Positions 7,501-8,956 of a stretch of 8,956 bases of DNA are shown in pieces (within the stretch, counting starts at the first letter, position 1; every line of letters starts with the position of its first letter). Below the pieces are notes generated by a model. It was not told the origin of the DNA. It did no database searches and worked only from the letters and a program-made list of their open reading frames with translations. Both the position numbers and the translations under genes were made by a program. The DNA is taken from contig MTSL01000094.1 of assembly GCA_002794465.1 (NCBI GenBank), positions 1-8,956 of the forward strand, read 5' to 3'. The stretch is from Paramicrosporidium saccamoebae KSL3. Lineage: Eukaryota; Fungi; Cryptomycota.

Positions 7501-8831
7501 TCAGCTCGGCAGATGAACATGTGGGGACGGTGGGCGAAGAGGAGCCTGATTGGTATTTGGAGGTGGGTGGGGAGCAGGGCTCCCGGGTCCGTCCCAGTGT
7601 GACTCCCAAACTACGACTTGCCATGCCCGATTCCTCTCCAACAGGAAAACTTGCAGCGGTAGTACAGGGCATCTGGAGCAACTTTGATAGTTTCCCCTTT
7701 CGCTATCCCGTCGATCCGTCAGTGGTGGGTTATTACGACGTCATTAAGAACCCCGTGGATCTGAGCACAATCCAAGATCGACTGCGCAAGGACATTATCT
7801 CTTCTGTAGCACAACTCTGTGAGGATCTGCGGCTAATGTTTGATAACTGCTTCCTGTTCAATCTGCCCGAATCGCTTATTTATGAGCAGGCCAAGCGACT
7901 GCGTAGTCACGCTTTGAAAGAATTTCGTCGCGTCTTTCCCCTTCAGTTTAAGGAGATTAGGGCCGTCTTAATGACCAAGGAACCTGTGGTCATTATCCCC
8001 GATATCATTGCCGACGTTGTTCCCGATGTCGTGGCACGACCTCCCAAAGTCCCCAAGACGCCGGAATTGTCACTAACAGAACGCATGGAGCGGGTTTTGG
8101 AAAAGACGCGCAGCCATCCCTATGCATTCTGGTTCCTGACGCCAGTGGATCCCGTTGCTCTCAATATTCCCACCTATCCAGAGATTGTCACCGAGCCTAT
8201 GGATTTGGGTACTCTTGAACAGCGGCTTCGTGCCGGCGACTTTGCCGACAATCCGAGAGAATTTGTTCGATTGCTTGATATAATCTTTGTCAATTGCACC
8301 ACCTTTAATCCTGTCAACACAGTGGTGCACCAGAATGCTCTGCAGATGCGCACGGCTGCACAAAAACTGGTGAAAAAGCTGTTACCCGAGACAACTACGA
8401 CCGAAAGTGTGCCCAAACTCAAGCTCACTCTCAGTCCCAAAAAGTCTGCTGAGACGGGCGGGCTAAAGCTAAAGTTGACGCTGCCTCCAAGGGACGACTC
8501 CTGGTATGCATCGGCACAAAAAATTCTCGATCAGGTGAGCGCCCATGAATTTGCCATCCCCTTCCTCCAGCCCGTTGATCCCGTCCTCCTTAATCTGCCC
8601 TCTTATCCGCGCATCATTAAGAATCCCATGGATCTCTCCACCATCCGCGCTAAACTCTCCTCTGCCTCCTACACGAGGGCCACCGAGATGCATCGCGACT
8701 TTAAATTAATGTTTTCCAATTGCTATCGGTTCAATGGACGGACCGCACCGATTTCAGAGGCCGCAAAGATATTAGAATCTTTTTACGACTCTCTCTATCT
8801 CCAATGTATACATGGTGTTTCTGATGAATAA
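4563..8831 (+). CDS. TAF2: TFIID subunit 2 (M1-aminopeptidase-like pseudoenzyme) with three C-terminal bromodomains, join(4563..4614,4645..5903,5934..8831), 1402 aa
   Basis: TAF2-like segments: YFPLHQRVTLRI, RHWLPCFED, LAEQYFG, WLTQGISGFL, FADQWIFSAGCP, LLIRVHEVDGVFDH, WIRLDPEMEW, DRDVIAQHEAI, FYRIRIEAA, YSDNYY, YHNTV. Basic patch KAKKIKKKKR is a probable NLS. Three bromodomains follow in the same ORF. The start at 4563 depends on intron 4615-4644. Confidence 0.92.
4615..4644 (+). other. TAF2 intron 1, 30 nt, phase 1
   Basis: GTACCCTTTGTTATAAGGAATAACACATAG; contains an in-frame TAA. Excision links ATG 4563 to the ATG-less ORF at 4662. Confidence 0.85.
5904..5933 (+). other. TAF2 intron 2, 30 nt, phase 0
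   Basis: GTCAGCGCTTCTTGTCCACTAATTGGTTAG, with a CTAAT branch site; excision joins ALQK|ILAHIW. Confidence 0.92.
7647..7931 (+). other. Bromodomain 1 of TAF2 (approximate bounds)
   Basis: PFRYPVDP..GYYDVIKNPVDLSTIQDRL...DLRLMFDNCFLFN; conserved Asn codon at 7860-7862. Confidence 0.92.
8082..8381 (+). other. Bromodomain 2 of TAF2 (approximate bounds)
   Basis: WFLTPVDPVALNIPTYPEIVTEPMDLGTLEQRL...IFVNCTTFN; conserved Asn codon at 8307-8309. Confidence 0.92.
8502..8801 (+). other. Bromodomain 3 of TAF2 (approximate bounds)
   Basis: PFLQPVDPVLLNLPSYPRIIKNPMDLSTIRAKL...DFKLMFSNCYRFN; conserved Asn codon at 8733-8735. Confidence 0.93.
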
Positions 8832-8832
8832 A
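8827..8832 (+). terminator. Putative poly(A) signal AATAAA overlapping the TAF2 last codon and stop
   Basis: GAA TAA A; the same arrangement occurs at FUR1 (290-295) and VPS27 (3442-3447). Confidence 0.55.
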
Positions 8833-8833
8833 C

Positions 8834-8955
8834 ATTTGTGGTAATATTTGTGGGGTGATATCTGCGATAATATTGGTGGTACTATTTGCGAAAATATTTG
8901 TGGTAGTGTTCACGAAAATTCTTAGTCTCATCTATGTGTGAGTGTCTACGAAAAT
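8834..8955. repeat. Degenerate 12-nt minisatellite downstream of TAF2
   Basis: ATTTGTGGTAAT, ATTTGTGGGGTGAT, ATCTGCGATAAT, ATTGGTGGTACT, ATTTGCGAAAAT, ATTTGTGGTAGT, GTTCACGAAAAT; the phase is still kept at 8944-8955 (GTCTACGAAAAT). Confidence 0.8.
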
Positions 8956-8956
8956 G

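Noticed and set aside
8731-8931. 66-aa minus-strand ORF with NTTTNIF-like repeats
   Set aside because: It is bounded by an in-frame TAG immediately upstream, half of it overlaps TAF2 antisense, and its repeat content just reflects the 12-nt minisatellite.

Overview
Gene-dense eukaryotic, fungal-type DNA; no prokaryotic, mobile-element, CRISPR, rRNA or tRNA features were supported. There are five genes: the 3' end of uracil phosphoribosyltransferase (FUR1, +, <1..294), malonyl-CoA:ACP transacylase (MCT1/FabD, +, 470..1427), ESCRT-0 subunit VPS27 (+, 1849..3442), 20S proteasome alpha-7 (PRE10, -, 3719..4533) and TFIID subunit TAF2 (+, 4563..8831). The ORF track is fragmented by six ultrashort GT..TAG introns (29-34 nt); removing them restores conserved motifs exactly. 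Most notable: (1) TAF2 runs, in one uninterrupted reading frame, into three bromodomains, two with a BET/Bdf1-like ZA loop, separated by candidate ET-domain-binding (KLKL-type) motifs; (2) the PRE10 and TAF2 start codons are head-to-head only 29 bp apart, with a near-PACE (Rpn4-type) element in the gap; (3) the introns share an atypical GTAC...TAG signature; (4) AATAAA overlaps the stop codon of three genes; (5) several spacers contain degenerate repeats. An early-diverging compact-genome fungus or relative (Rozellomycota / short-branch microsporidian such as Paramicrosporidium) is my unverified guess. No database searches were run, so novelty is untested.
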